DNA of 52,773 bases, filler included, from Diploschistes diacapsis (lineage: Eukaryota), in the NCBI GenBank assembly GCA_023645945.1. It is 3 parts of 3 records of this genome, joined end to end, with 100 filler letters (N's around TTAATTAATTAA, not from the genome) between each part and the next. Parts side by side here need not be neighbours in the genome. Positions count along the whole stretch, not along the records: positions 1 to 17,542 come from JALAIB010000452.1; 2 more parts are not named here. One strand, 5' to 3'. Under the pieces are notes generated by a model. The model saw only the letters and a list, made by a program, of their open reading frames with translations. It had not been told where the DNA came from and did no database searches. Shown here piece by piece: positions 1 to 14,019 of this stretch. How positions within the stretch are numbered: position 1 is the first letter of the stretch; every line of letters starts with the position of its first letter. The translations under genes and the position numbers were made by a program.

Positions 1-388
1 GGAGAGGAGGGGGGAGTGGTGGATGAGGTTGGTATACAAGGGAATGGGCAGGAAGGTGGAGATAGGTGCAGTGTTCGGCTATAATGGCGTTGCTGGGTAG
101 GGAAGGAAAAGCACATGGGCGAACTTGCGCCGGTTTATACATTGGCACTCTCATTAAGAAGACAACCAGGTGATACATCCAGCTCCGTTGAAAGCTAGAG
201 TAGCAGTCGTTGTGAGCAATACATTGTTATTCTGATCTTTAAGCTTCAAAAGCTCGCTTGACCAAATGCCTGTGGCGGAATTGAATATTTACGAAAGTGC
301 CTCCCCTCCTGACCTCTTCACTGGTTGCTCCCACCCGAGGCCCGCTCTCCCAATCCTGGCTTCGACATACTTTATACGTATGTATGCA

Positions 389-3045
389 TTACACGTCAGA
401 ACCATTGCTCCTGAAATTAGCACAGAGCTCCACATAATGGTGCGTCAAATCCAGCACCGACTGCGGCAAGCTCGTCGCCTGCACAATGCTGCGGACCTTG
501 ACGGCGCCCTCGTCCTCGATGAGTTTGCGGATGATGCGCAGGAGGCCGGGAGAGAACTGCCGGGCACCTCGTCAGCACACCCATCCCTCCAGCCAACGGA
601 CGCCACAACAGATACATCGTTAGAAAGTAATAGCAAAGAGTCTTCTTACCTCGGAGTACCACCGATACTGCCAGGCAATCAACCTAATCAACCCTTGCAG
701 CACATTCTCGTTCTTGTGCTCCTCCTCCCACATCTTCGTCACGGCTCTCATCGCCTTCGGGCTGAATCTGATCCTCAGGCAGCTCTGGTACGCTTCGATC
801 GCCTCGGGCGCATGGTGCAGCCGCTCCGCCAGGTCGCCCAGGATCTCCCACTCCTCGGCGCTCTTGTTGTAGGCTGCGCTGGGGTTGTTCGGGTTTGGCG
901 AGCCGGCGGGCTCGGAGGAGGCTTTGGCGCGGGCCATGTCCGTGCGCCAGATGGTGTAGATGCGTAGGTCCTCGTACAGCACCATGAAGAGGTTGTCGAG
1001 CCAGCGCTCGCAGAGGCGTTTGTGTTGGAAGTGGGTGTAATTTGAGTGGCTTGGGTCCGGCTGGGATGGTTAGCTTTAGAAATAGTGGGTTTGCGTGATG
1101 GAAGATTCACCTCTTCGCCGCCTGATTTGACTTCTACCGAAGCTACTGTGTGTTTGGGCTGCGCGAGGCGGTCTGCTGCGACGGTGCCTTCACTTGGCGC
1201 CTCTGTAGCGTCTTCAACACCAGGTTTTGCTTCCCGAGCGTTTTCCCCATCTTCTCCGTCTTCCTCATCGTCTTCGGCCTTTTCTTCTTTTCCATCATTC
1301 TGCTCAGAGGATGGTGAAGGCATTCCGTTCACCTGAGGACTCGGTGCCCGTAGGGCAGTTGTGCTAGGCGTCCGCCCCGTATGCGTAAATCTTCCCGTGG
1401 TTCGGCCCGTGCCTGGCTGGCTCTTCTCACTTCGATATTCTTCCTCCATCACGAATACCTGACTCCTAATCCGTAATAGCTGATCCCATCCAATCTTAGC
1501 CGTTATACCCGTCAGCAAACTGTAAGCCTTAAGAAAGGTGCCTTTATAATTGCCTGCGGTCAGTTTTCGTAGATTAGGATGTACTGCTTCTATATCGTAG
1601 CCATTGACTGATTCGTCTATTTCGTTATAGTTTGTGTCTGAGAGAAGAGGCAGATTAACTCGAGCGGGCTCTGGCATTCGTGGAGCGTCCTTGTCTTGAT
1701 AGGTGAACATTGGACAAGAGTTTAGCGTCAACAGTGCAAGGTCCCACTTCTCAAGCCCTACATAGATCTCGGCTAGTCTCGCCCAGGTTCCAAACTCAGA
1801 CGGCGCTGCAACGACCGCCCGTTGTGCTAATGGCAACGCCCACTCTAGGTTGTTTTTTTGCTGCAGGAAAGCTGCTTGACAATCGAGGAGTGAATAATCC
1901 ATGGGAAGTTCTTCAATTGATTCCTTAAGAAGATTGATTGCCTTCACCTCTTCGTCACCCTGAATCAGCACTCGCGCTAATAAGGAAGAAATCTCCGGAT
2001 CTCGACTGCGCAGCTTTTCGAAAAGGTTTATGCCAGAAGCGTACCTTCCGGTGGCGTGTATATAGCTAAGGAGCCCAGTCGTAAGGTGGTTTGAAACGAG
2101 ATTTGGGACTTGGATTTCAGGATCTGAGCCTAATTGCCAGCCTAGTTTCCCGTCAACTCTGGTGTTCGCGGGTACTTGAGTAGTGCAGACCTTTGTAAAA
2201 CAACCTCTCTGCTGCATCTAGGAATCGATGCTCTAATTCGGTGGTGATGATTGGGTCAAATCTTCGCACGGCAATAATTTTCTTGATGGTATCGCCGCTA
2301 CCGTCATCTGCGTACGAGTAGGCTCGAAGAACGGCACAAAGAAACGTCTCGAGCCATAGAGAGTCAGAGGCGACCCGCTTGTCGCCCCTCTCGTCAATGC
2401 AATAACTCTCAACACCTCCTGGTATCTTAACCTCTACGCGCATATCTAGTCTAGAAAAGGCGTTATAGCAGCTATCAGAAGTCAACACATTACAAGAGCC
2501 AGCACGCTGACCGCTTACCAGTATATACCGGAAACTATTTTTGATGACTTATCACCCGAAGTCTGAGTCAAAGTATTGATATAGGCAGCAAGACTGGCAG
2601 ATGAAGAAGCATCAATGCCCGTGACATGATGATAGACGCCGTTCTGGCCGAGAAACTTAGTACTTTCGGTGTACAGGAAGCACAGGATTACGCACCTGCT
2701 TGTTCGGCGATCTGGTTGATTGCTTAATGAGGTGGACTAGGTCTGGCGGGCCCAACTCCCGTAGAGTAGGCAACGCGTCGTTGCGGCTGTCGATCGCCGA
2801 CTCTATCTCATGTTCAATGACCCTTTAAAGGTTATCAGCTTTGCAATGGGGAATCGAATATAAAAACTACGATGTTAATGCAGATTGATTAGAGCCATGG
2901 CTTGCAGTAGGTGTTTCCCACCGTAGAAAGCTTTCGGTGTCATTGCCATTCTCGTAAACTGAATATCGCACATCTTTCTCGTAGTTATATGTTAAGAATA
3001 TGCAACAGAGCCCACTTACTCAGGAACAGCTGGCGTCGCGACCAT
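389..3045 (-). CDS. ChAPs family (Chs5-Arf1 binding; Bud7/Bch1/Chs6-like) exomer cargo adaptor, multi-exon
   Basis: Manual splicing gives MVATPAVPE|VIEHEIESAIDSRNDALPTLRELGPPDLVHL...YHHVTGIDASSSASLAAYIN...CYNAFSRLDMRV...LNSCPMF...WDQLLRIRSQVFVMEEEYR...KRLCERWLDNLFMVLYEDLR...FSPGLLRIIRKLIEDEGAVKVRSIVQAT...GSDV*. These are motifs of the ChAPs family. ATG at 3045-3043, TAA at 391-389, GT-AG introns. ORFs 775-2217, 620-985 and 2153-2488 are exon pieces. Confidence 0.9.
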
Positions 3046-3560
3046 GATGGGCAACGAGCTAAAGCAGCGCGCCGACACCCGTAAATCAGCAGCGCTTCAC
3101 GGTGGAGAACTTCGAGCCATTGTTATTCTTGATGCAAAGGAGCTTTTTGATGTGATTTCATATTCTCAGAATGACTACTGTAGTCATGGTTTTAAGTAAT
3201 AGTAAAGTAGTAGTAGGCTGGAGCAGTAGTAGTTTGTGTTGCTCCATCCTGAGCTTGAAGGACAGGTTAAACCAAACACGGCTGGTGGCCTGTGAAAACC
3301 GACGCTATTCCTAATCGGGATTCCGCAGACACGGATATGTCTTGGCTCAGAACTCGCCTGTGATTGGTTTGGGCAGGACTTCACCTGGTGCTCTTGCATG
3401 ACAAAGACAAGACTTTGAACAGTAAAGATCATTCATTCAATGCGCCAGCCATAAAAAGTAAGAGTGCATATTTACATGGCAGAAGTGCTGAACGGCCAAG
3501 AAAAGGTGTCAACGGAATCAGCAGAGATGGGAATGTGAAAACCAGAGCGAGAAGCTCAAC

Positions 3561-6500
3561 ATGCCTACCTGGCAGGCGCAGAATATTGAGCCAGAATCGG
3601 ATTCAGAAGAAGAAGAGTACGACGAGACAAAAGAAATTCAGATCGAAGATGCCATAAAGCTCTACCAAACAGCATTAAAGCTCCATTCTCAGGGTCCACC
3701 ATGTTTTGATGAAGCAGACAAGGCATATAAGGCTCTTCTAGCCTCCGAAATCTTCACATGGCCAGAATCTCAGTCAGACTACCAACGGCTCACGAGCGAA
3801 TTCTTGCCAGAAGAGTTCGATGTAGAGATTGAAGGTCCAAATGCATCTACGCTATCGCTTATTAGGCCAGACTCAGCGCCTAGCAACCTACCCCAAGTAT
3901 TGTACCTTTCGTACAAAAATTATGGACAATTCTTATTAGATCGATTAGCTCATCAACAGAAATCAAGCCAACTTTCAACCACTGAATCTAAGCAACATTG
4001 TTTCGCTGACGACTCAAAAAAGATTGCGTTGCGAAGTTTGCAATTACTTGTCAACGCGCTCGATAAGGATGAGGCTGATCCATCACTCTGGCGTAAAGTT
4101 GCCCGAGTTGGTGGTCACTTGGGCAGCAGAAGATTGGCTAGGTATGCATTGGAATCAGCACTTGCCCTCTTTGTGCATGATGAAACATTCATGCTTGGAG
4201 GTTCGAATCCTGAGGAAATGGCAATTCGGTATGAGCTGGCCGACGTGCTTCGGTCCGTTGGGGAAGACGAGACGCTTGTCAGGTGCACAGCACCCACGAA
4301 ACCATTGAGTAACGCTTTTAGAGCGCGACTGGACCCTTTGCCATCCCTCAGGTCAGCTCCTGTGATCTCGCTAAGCAGTCTCCTCACTTCTACCATACCC
4401 GCCACTCTTCGGCCGAGCGAGGTATCATGGGAGAGCGTGGGAAATAGCATCATGCAAGCTCGACAAGATGAACGAGACGATCACGAAAAGCGAATCCGTG
4501 GTTACATAATGGCCTTGCCGAATGAAGTAACCCAGGCTGGCCGAGATCCTGTCACAACAAACCTTGTCACGGCTGAGTCATTGTGCAAGAATCGCCCATC
4601 TCAGAGCCCTGCGTCGCCAACAAGATCCTCCCAGTATGGCACTATGAGCGCGTCAGCAAGCCTAAATGCTTCTCCAGTGCTCAGGCAAAAGGGCTTTGGT
4701 GCAGGGGTTGAAAATGAGGAACCAAAAATCCCTGCGGATATCACAGGACAAGGTGCACTTGGGGAGGTAAAATCCGCCGACGGGGACCTCGTTACGGTAA
4801 ATCAGATTTCTTCGGACCCACGGCCACCATCGAAACGGAGCTTGGAAGTAGCTGGTTTAGTTGAGACACCCGAAGCCGGAAGGTCACGAAGCAAGAGACT
4901 CAGGGCCCGTGCAGAAACGCTGGCCGAGGAGAGCGTGGATCCTAAGATGCTAACAAAATACTTCGAAGAGCAATTACAGCAATATATACGTGCGGACGAA
5001 TGGGTCTTCTCGGTGGCCTTCGAGATGAGTGCCAAGGCTGGTATCAAACATAGAGAGAACGCTTTGGCATTCAGATCACTCCTCTCAATGGACAGCGACA
5101 CCATTAGCCGTCTAACTTATCAAGATCCCATGATCCCGGCACTTATAGACTTCAAAAGTGCTCTATCCTCTTGGACTTTAAACAAAAGCAACCTCCTGCT
5201 CAATGGGGCTGGCGCTGGGGCGTCTGTTACTCTAATAGACAATGGCGTAGACTCTGGGTTTGCGGCATTTCTAGAGCACTCCAAAGCGGGCTCCAAGCGA
5301 GCTGCCACAAATGAAGATTTGTTGCATGATCAAGACGTGCAAAAATTCGCTGACGAGCTCAATGCCAACTCGGCCCACATTGATGCAGCTGTCATACTAT
5401 GGATAGAGTTCCTTCTGAAGCCTACTAGGAGCGCCGATGCCACGTCTCATGCCAATCAAAAGCTTGACTCAAAGTATACGAAGTACATCTGGCCGCACAG
5501 CCTTAAAGAACTCCTTACCCAGCTACTTGTTGACGAGGACAATGTGATCTATACTAAAGTTTGCGAGGACTTTTCTCCCTTCCAAGATCACCAAGATTTT
5601 CCGCGAGCTGCACGCGCCAGCATAAGCAACGAACAGATGGCAACCATTGCGTTCATCCAGACCGTGTTTGAGCTGCACTTAGACATCTATGGGAAAATGA
5701 CAGCCCCTGACAGCAAGGTGGATCAGCCGACACGAATTGCTCAAAAAGAGAGAATAAGGCGATGGGCTGAAGCCTCAAACCTTGCCATCTCGAGGTGGGA
5801 CTTGACACATGACTTTAAAGGCAATGCCAAATCACTCGCACTGAGACACGTGTGGTCTACTGTTCTCTACGTGAGCTTTATGGAAATCGCAGCTCGAGAT
5901 CACATTTTGCTCTGCTATCAGGATCTGAAAGCAATGCTCGAAGATGCAGGCTCCCCAGTCTACTTCCTAATAAATAACACAGTTATGCCTGAAATTTCGG
6001 TTGATGCTCTCGAGCGAGAAATGTCGAAAGAGAAGACATTAGACTTCTTCTCGAGTATATTCGGCACCGATTCCAAGGATCCAGTCTCACTGATTGAGAG
6101 TCTGGAACCAGTTCTCATGGAAACGCTTCACAAACCAACGGTGAGGGAGAGCCTCGGAGATGGAGAACAAGGGGTTAGAGGCAGCCAAGAAGACAATCAC
6201 CAGACAGAAATCGCAGCGTCTGTGGACAGTATAGCCACTGATAACCGAAATGAAAAGAGTGGTAATGGTCAGTTAGCAGATTTTCTCCAAAAAGCTACCG
6301 CGCAATTGAAACTCTCGCTCTGGCATCAGCTGAAAACTGCTTACGATGGCATCGACTACCCGCCAATGAAGATTATTTGCAATATTCGATCCATGGACAT
6401 CATCATTAAGGAAATCCAGAATACCGCAAATGCTGATGACAGCAAGGAAAACCGCTCAGCGAACTTGATTGTTTGGATCCGTAATTTGGCTGATTTGGTG

Positions 6501-9500
6501 ACTCAGTGTCTGGAGATTGCAAAGTCGAACAGTAACGCTCTGGATTTTCTGGCCGAAGGCAACATGCGTATCGCACTTACATCTTGCGTAGAAGCTGTGA
6601 AATTGTTCCACGTCTTCGCAACCTGGGAGGATTCGATCCGCATAGAACAGCTGAAACAACCACCTCAGCCGCCTGGCGCAGTCGTACCTTATAGAAACGC
6701 TATGAGTTTCCTGCGAGAAATGCAGCCCAGGGTTTGGCAATTGCTATATCTAATTTGCGTAGACGCCGCTTTGCAGAATGGTGAAGCGTTCCCAAATCTC
6801 AAGGAAGACCGTCTGGAATATTTAAGAGCTATTCATAACGCTTTCGGTTTGCGAGAATACTGTCGGCTTGGTAGAAAATGCTTCTTGAAATTCCTGAAAA
6901 CAGAGCTCATTCAGCTGGATGCACAAGAGGATGAGATTTCACAGGTTCTCTACGATCTATACAACTTGAAAATTTGCCAGAACAGCGCTAGCATCTTGGA
7001 GCACGGTTGTACAGGAGACCAGATTGATCGAGCATCCGCGTTGGAAATCGTTCCCTTCGTTATCGGTCAAGCGAACAGGATGAACGCCAAGGACGTGCTG
7101 AAATCGGACTTGAAAATAGCTACAGAGAAAATGCAAGCCGTTATTGGTACACCAAGAGGATCTGCCTTACACCAGGCTTTCAACAAAAGGACCATTTCCA
7201 ATCACTTGAAGTCGCTTGTACTACCGCTGCAGCTTTTCAAGTCATTGCGCGGTCTTGTTGAACTGACTAGCATGCCTGTTAATACGGAATACGCCACGGT
7301 GGCGAGGAGAAGGTGGTTTTTTTTGATGGGAGATGTAAACTTGGCCAGATACAAATCTCAAAAACGTGTGACTCCAGATAATTCAGATGATCTCGAGAAC
7401 GCAGACAAGTTCCTGAAGCTGGACCTGGAGTTCAACACAGACAGCTGGGAAACCTGGTATCGCTTAGCTCAGACTTACGACGCAAGGATTGAAGAAGATG
7501 TCACATGGGACGCCATCAAAATCAATGATCCTGCCTCTGACCTAGTTTCCATGCAGAAACAGGCAATCCACTGTTACGAGATGGCGGTTTCCCTTGCCCT
7601 TCGTTACGGGGACGAGTCTTTCGGGACGGCAAATCGAATCTCGGAACTCTATTCTGATTTCGCAATGAGGATCTACTCGTCAAGCCGAGAGCCATTTAAC
7701 ATGAAAGCATTTAGTCTGGAAGGCTACGAGAGGTACTTCAATCGCGATACTGAAGGCACCTTCAAGCGACGTGCGTGTAAGGAAGTCGATGAGCGTACAG
7801 CATGGAAGGTGGCAGCCGAGCTATATCGCAAGGCCTTATTGGATAAGCCACATTCCTGGCAGTAAGTGGTTAGCACTTTATTCGTTGTTGTATATCGGCT
7901 TACCTTACTGGACAGGAATTGGTATATGCTCGGTAAATGTCGGTGGAAATTATTTCAATCATCAGCTATCGGTTCCTTCAGCTGGCGCGATGCTGTAGAC
8001 GCCTTCGTCAAGGCCATCCAATGCGTACCAGGAAAGAGAGACAGCCGACATCCAGAGAAAGATCCAATCCTGGATCCTCATTACAAGCTGTTATCGATTG
8101 TTTACAAGTTGTTGAAGAAAGGCGAAATACCGGTAACTTGCAGTAATACAAGCATAAGCATCTACTGATTGCATCTAGTCAACGGAGGGCATCGATCTTC
8201 TCAAATGCTCACATTTTTCTCGAAAGGTGTCTTTGGAAGATTCCGAACAGTGGGAGAAGTACATCGCCGATATCTTACGGGTTCTTAGAACTGCGGACAA
8301 GGCTAATTGGCATCACCGGATGATTGCAAGAGTAAGCCTATTACCTGTACAGCATTGAACATGATTATAACAAAGTTTAACAGGCTGCGCACATCGAGTA
8401 CGACGATGTGCCCCATATGCGAGAGGCGGCGCAAACCGCAAAGGACAAGCTTACACAGCAAATCTTCACAAAGAGCATGATAGTCCAGGTCTGGAAACCA
8501 GAATTCGAGAGACCCGGGCGCCACTTTGTATATGCCTCCAGATACGTTCGGTTCTTTGCACGGCTCTTGGAACAGCTGGGTGATAGGGCAAGTCTAGAAT
8601 TGCTGGGCAAGCGTATTCGAAAGAAACAGAACGATTTTGTCGAACACGAGGGTCTGTGGACGGAAATATCGCATGCTCATCTGCGTGTAAGTTTGCCTTC
8701 AGATTCAGGCCATGTTCTAATACACTCCTCAGCTTCTTCGCAGGCAAGGCTCCATACCTAGTGAGCACGAGGATGCAGTCTTCAAAAGCGCCATACCATT
8801 CGAAGTTTTTACACTCAACGCTAATCGGTTAGAAACGTGGGCTCATTCGCAATTGTCCCTTGGCCACCCTACACTACTGTTGCTACAGGAAGCTATTGAG
8901 TTGAAGAAGCTCAACGGTACGCTCATAGACAAGCATGCTTTTGACGAGCTCGTTGGTGACTTATATGCCCGCATCTATGAGCAAGTGGTACCCGAGCTTA
9001 TCGCCAAGGCAGGCGAGGCGGAGAACAGGGAGCGAATGCGGATCGAGCGGATGCTAATGGACTCGGAAGCTTCCCAACCAGACCCAGCTGCAGGCGAAAA
9101 TGCAGCGCCGTCCGCTGGTAGGACGAAGACAATCAGCCGTACAGAGGTCCGTCGCCGAGCCGAAGCACTCGTGGCGAGGCCTGTTGCTACCGTCGGACGC
9201 GGCAGAGCAGTTACTTCCACGGCGGAGCCGGCCTCTGCAACTCGAGGTCGGCCCCAGAAGGATCTCAAGCCTCGTCCGGAGCAGCACAGACCGCAGTCAG
9301 ACGGCGAGGGGATGGGCAGTGTGGTGGGCAGTTTGCACGACAGCGCGGACGACGAGAGCGAGCTAAGCGAACTTGATGATGATGATGAAGAGGAGGAGGA
9401 GGAGGAGGAGGAGGAAGAAGTGGAAGAGCAGGAGAAATTGTTGTTCCCTAACTTGGCTACGCCGACCAGCGAGGCAAGCAGGGAAGCTTCTACATCTCCG

Positions 9501-9599
9501 GCGCTGCAAGGCGAGCAAGAGGATGGGCCACAGCACGAAGCTCAGAACGAGGCGCAGGGTGAAACACAGGACGAGATGGAGGGGTTAGAAACCTCTTGA
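3561..9599 (+). CDS. HIR3: Histone transcription regulator 3 (HIR complex subunit, Cabin1 homolog), 5 exons
   Basis: 1434-aa first exon begins MPTWQAQNIEPESD...TKEIQIEDAIKLYQTALKLHSQGP, with LPQVLYLSYKNYGQF and TPR-like WETWYRLAQTYD. Later exons carry DPILDPHYKL, DKANWHHRMIARAA and VWKPEFERPGRHFVY, then an acidic tail. GT-AG introns at about 7862-7915, 8133-8178, 8332-8383 and 8687-8732. Confidence 0.9.
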
Positions 9600-10331
9600 A
9601 TTTTGCTTCTTGACCAGTACTTATCAGCATGAGGTCGATGAGTTCGTGTAGTTACTCGGCATAAGGCGCGTTATTGGCAGCTGTTGATACCCCAGGATAA
9701 TTAGGCAATAAATATAGGCGCAATGGTCACTATACGAAGCTAATCCATTATATCCGATTTGAAGTGGTGCAACATTGCAGAAGACTAGCGCCCTTGACCA
9801 AATTGATGGCAGGATACTTGGGTGCAGCGACATGAGAGCAGAAGTCTGTACCCCGGCTTGAAGAAGAAGATCTGGGGAGGGGCATGTCCTTGGACATTTG
9901 GCACCTCCAGATTTAGGTGTTCAGAATACGTGCATCATCGCAGTGTGTCGGGGAGGTTGCTGGAGTTGCAGTTGCAGTTGCACTAGCAGAGGGTGTGGTC
10001 GCTGCAAACATGCCAATTGGTCACAACATTCGCGAATGATCCCATGATCGAGACCACAAAATATACATGAGCTGCCACAATAACGAGTTATCATCCCCAA
10101 AGTACCCCTCTTTGCCCCTGACGATGCGAAGCTCGGCGTCCGTGAGGTTTGCATAATATGATGCTGTTGTTGACGCGCCTAGAAGCGGATTCTAGATCTC
10201 CACATATGGAGTCAGCGTTGCCCCCTTCCCCTCCTCCGTGATGGAGAGCGTAAGCGCCTTGAAAACATGGACTTCTCTCAGGCCTGTTGACCTTCTTTCG
10301 CTTGATGAGTTCCACGACTCTTTCCCTTGCA

Positions 10332-11838
10332 ATGACTTCGAAGTTTGTGTAGGTAGATCTTGTGCTTCCGTCCAACCCACGGCTAATCACACTATAGGAT
10401 CAAAGAGGTCCTGCCTCGAGTGCCATTTCTCGCGTGGCTGACACTCGCCCACTCCTTTCGCCTGCTGGAAACGTCGTCGAAATGGGACCTCAAGACCACG
10501 CTGTTCATCAGGTTCATGCGGTCGTTGCTGGCCAACGACCCGCCCTCTATCTCGGATCAGCAAAAGGCTAGCCTTCGAGATCCTGGGATACAAGGGCCCA
10601 TGTGGGTTTCCAAGGTTACGGTGCCCCCGCCTAGCGAGCCCGATGCTCTCAACCGGTTAGTGGAAGCCATCGACTCTACCAAAGGTTCCGGCGCGATCTT
10701 CGACGTGCCATCGCTCGAGCGGGTGCAGGCGGAATGGACGGGATTCAGAAGAGGAGCCTCCGCGAAGACGAAGCACATGTCACATCTGCCTGAAGCGGCG
10801 CTGTACGATCGACTGATGAATGATACCCACAGCGATGTTACGGTGCTCTACATACATGGTGGAGCTCTGTTCCTCATGGACCCAGCAACGCACCGACCCG
10901 TCTGCTCGAATCTCAGTAGGGTCACGGGCGGAAGATGTCTCTCCGTACGGTACCGTCTTGCGCCCAAGTATCCTTTCCCAGCCGGATTACTAGACTGCTT
11001 GATTGCATACCTGTACCTCCTCTCTCCGCCACCAGGGTCGTACCACAGGCCCGTGCCGGCTTCGAAGATAGTGTTCGCCGGCGACTCTGCAGGTGGAACC
11101 TTATCCTTTGCCCTTCTCCAATTCATATTACAGTTGCACCGCCAAGCACCCCCTGGGCAACCGCCGACCGTTCGCTTCCATGGTCAAGACGTCCCTTTGC
11201 CGCTTCCGGCGGGCGTGGCAGCAGCGTGTGGGTGGCTCGATCTAACACGGAGCCTACCATCCATTTTCAACAACGCAAAATGGGACTACATACCGCCTCC
11301 GAAGGAAGGGAGTATGGCGACTCGGTTTCGACCTTGCGAGTTGTGGCCGGCGAACCCGACACGCGAGGATCTCTACTGCGATCTCTCGATGATGATGCAC
11401 CCGCTTGCGTCGCCTTTGGCAGCGAAGAGCTCCGCGTGGAGGGGCTCGTGCCCAATATTCCTGCTCTACGGACAGGAAATGCTGCTCGACGAAGGCAAGG
11501 TCATGTGCAGGACGCTGGCGCGGGAGAAGGTTCCGGTGCAGTGGGACGAGTTCGAGGGCATGCCGCACGATTGGCAACTGCTATTCCAGAACACGAAGGG
11601 TTCGCGCAAGGCATACCAGGTATGGGGCGACTTCATCACCAATGCTGTCAATGGGAAGGACATGGAGACTCGGGGCACGTTTCATGAGGCAAAGACATTG
11701 AGAGAGAGATCGGTAGACGTTGGGCAGCTGGGCGATTTGACCGATGCTGAGGTTGAGGAGAAGATGCGCGAGGTGGTTAGGAGGAAGGGGCTGTCCAGTG
11801 CGCAGAAAGAGGCGAGTCATGAGAAAGCGAAGCTATGA
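10332..11838 (+). CDS. HSL-family alpha/beta hydrolase (Abhydrolase_3; acetyl-hydrolase/lipase-like)
   Basis: ORF 10420-11838 has the HGG oxyanion motif (LYIHGGA), YRLAP..PFPA, the GDSAGG nucleophile elbow and GMPH near the C-terminus. The start is inferred: a 17-nt exon 10332-10348 (MTSKFV) plus a 49-nt GT-AG intron 10349-10397 with a GCTAAT branch site. Confidence 0.85.
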
Positions 11839-11846
11839 GATGTGCT

Positions 11847-11885
11847 GGGCGTGGGCATGGGCGTGGGCATGGGCATGGGCGTGGG
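11847..11885. repeat. (GGGCRT)n hexanucleotide microsatellite in the hydrolase 3' UTR
   Basis: gggcgtgggcatgggcgtgggcatgggcatgggcgtggg read directly. Confidence 0.8.
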
Positions 11886-12456
11886 AGATGGTATTCTTGG
11901 CTGTAGGTAAATAAGCTTTGATTACATAGGTAGGGAATGGGATGGGAATGGAACAGGGTCAATGGACGTGTATCGTGTATTGACAAGCTGCTATGGACCT
12001 GCGCAGCTAGCTATGTGGAGAGCTGTGTCACTTATTCGGCTTCGTTGCACCGGTCCTCCTCCGTGTCACCTTCTTCTCTTCTCTGAGTTATCAATCACAT
12101 CTTTATCATACGCAACGGTGAATTCTGTGAAGTGAGATGAGCTGCGTCAAAATCAGGCCATGGCTAGTTCTATCTGTACGTGTATATCAGACCACATTCG
12201 CATTCTGATCAGCCCACTCGGATGTGGCTGGAATGTAATGCTGACACCGGATTGGTCGAAGCTCTACCGGCAGCTCTCAGGAGTAGATTGAACGTCAGAC
12301 CACCGACAATTGGGAAACCCTCGATATTTTTTTTATAATTGCCCACACCCCATGCCAGTCCTTTCCGAACGCCATCAATCAACACGCTTTCCCATTGCTT
12401 CTTTGAACTAGCTATCATCTTTGTGTCACTTCTTTCCACATCATCCATTTCACACC

Positions 12457-14019
12457 ATGGCCTCACGACCGCAGAACGTGGGCATCAAGGCCCTTGAGCT
12501 CTATTTCCCAAGCCAGGTAGGTCATACTAGCTTATAGAAGCAAAGCCGAGCTCTGGGACGCGTACTAATGGGTTGTAGTGTGTAGCTCAATCCGAGCTTG
12601 AGAAATTCGACGGCGTTAGCGAGGGCAAATACACAATTGGTCTAGGGCAGACAAAGATGAGCTTCTGCGATGATCGAGAAGGTTGGTTCCGCCATCGAAC
12701 TTAAAGGATCCAAGCGTCTAATATTAACGATGCCAGACATGTACTCGATCGCACTGACCACCGTCTCTTGGCTCATGAAGAAGTACAATATCGACCCTAC
12801 CTCAATTGGGAGGCTCGAAGTCGGCACAGAGACTCTCCTCGACAAGTCCAAGTCCTGCAAGTCCGTCCTTATGCAGCTCTTCGAACCCTCGGGCAACACA
12901 AACATCGAGGGCGTGGACACCGTCAACGCCTGTTACGGTGGCACGAATGCCCTCTTCAACGCCGTAAACTGGGTCGAGTCCTCCGCGTGGGACGGCCGCA
13001 ACGCCATCGTTGTCGCTGGCGACATCGCCCTCTACAAGAAAGGCAGCGCCCGCCCCACCGGTGGAGCCGGCTGCGTCGCCATGCTCGTCGGACCCGATGC
13101 GCCCCTCGCCTTTGAACCTGGCCTGCGCGGCTCCTACATCAAGCACGTCTACGACTTCTACAAGGCGGACCTCACATCAGAATACCCCCTCGTTGATGGA
13201 CACTACTCTATAAAGTGCTACAGTGAAGCCGTCGACGCTTGCTACAGGGCTTACCACAACCGCAAGGCGCAGTTAGCCAAGCACCAAACCAACGGCGTCT
13301 CGGAACATGACAGCACATCCGATGAATCCCATACTCCCCTCGACGACTTCGACTACATGGCTTTCCACGCCCCTACCTGCAAGCTTGTCTCGAAATCCTA
13401 CGCCCGCATGCTCTACAACGACTATCTGTCCTCCCCTTCCTCTCCCGCCTTCTCATCCGTCCCCGCCGAAATCAAAAATATCTCCTACGAGCAATCGCTC
13501 AGCGACAAGAGCGTCGAGAAGACGTTCATGGGTCTCGTGAAGAAGCGGTTTGCCGAGCGCGTGCAACCATCTATAAATGTGCCGACGATGTGCGGTAACA
13601 TGTACTGCGCCAGCGTTTACGGGAGCTTGATCAGCACGCTGTGCAACGTGCCGCAGGAGCACTTGAAGGGCAAGAGAATCGGCATCTTCAGCTACGGGAG
13701 CGGGCTGGCGAGCAGCCTGTTCAGCTTGAAGGTCACGGGCGACGTGAGTGAGATCGTTGGCAAGATCGACCTGCAGAAGAGACTGGATGCCAGGAGGACG
13801 GTGGAGCCGAAGGTTTACGATGAGGTGAGCGAGATTGCCGAGTCCGTGGTTCTAGAGCAAGGTAATGCTGACCGTGGTTAGATGTGCCTGCTCCGCGAAG
13901 AAGCGCACCTCCAGAAGGGATACCAGCCGAAGGGCAACGTCGAGAGCCTGGTGGCCGGGACGTACTACCTGACCGAGGTGGACGATATGTTCAGGCGGAA
14001 ATACGAGGTCAAGGCATGA
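12457..14019 (+). CDS. ERG13: Hydroxymethylglutaryl-CoA synthase, 4 exons
   Basis: Starts [20 protein letters not shown]. Contains [36 protein letters not shown], active-site [24 protein letters not shown] and FSYGSG. Ends [18 protein letters not shown] (TGA 14017-14019). Introns at about 12516-12578, 12681-12737 and 13825-13881. Confidence 0.97.

Noticed and set aside
266..967. 233-aa + strand ORF
   Set aside because: Antisense shadow of the GC-rich last exons of the ChAP gene.
10935..11687. 250-aa alternative-frame ORF inside the hydrolase
   Set aside because: Off-frame shadow with no recognisable domain.
12100..12355. SREBP-like sites (ATCATACGC, ATCAGACCAC, CACCCCAT) upstream of ERG13
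   Set aside because: Plausible for a sterol gene, but the matches are short and imperfect and cannot be supported without conservation data.
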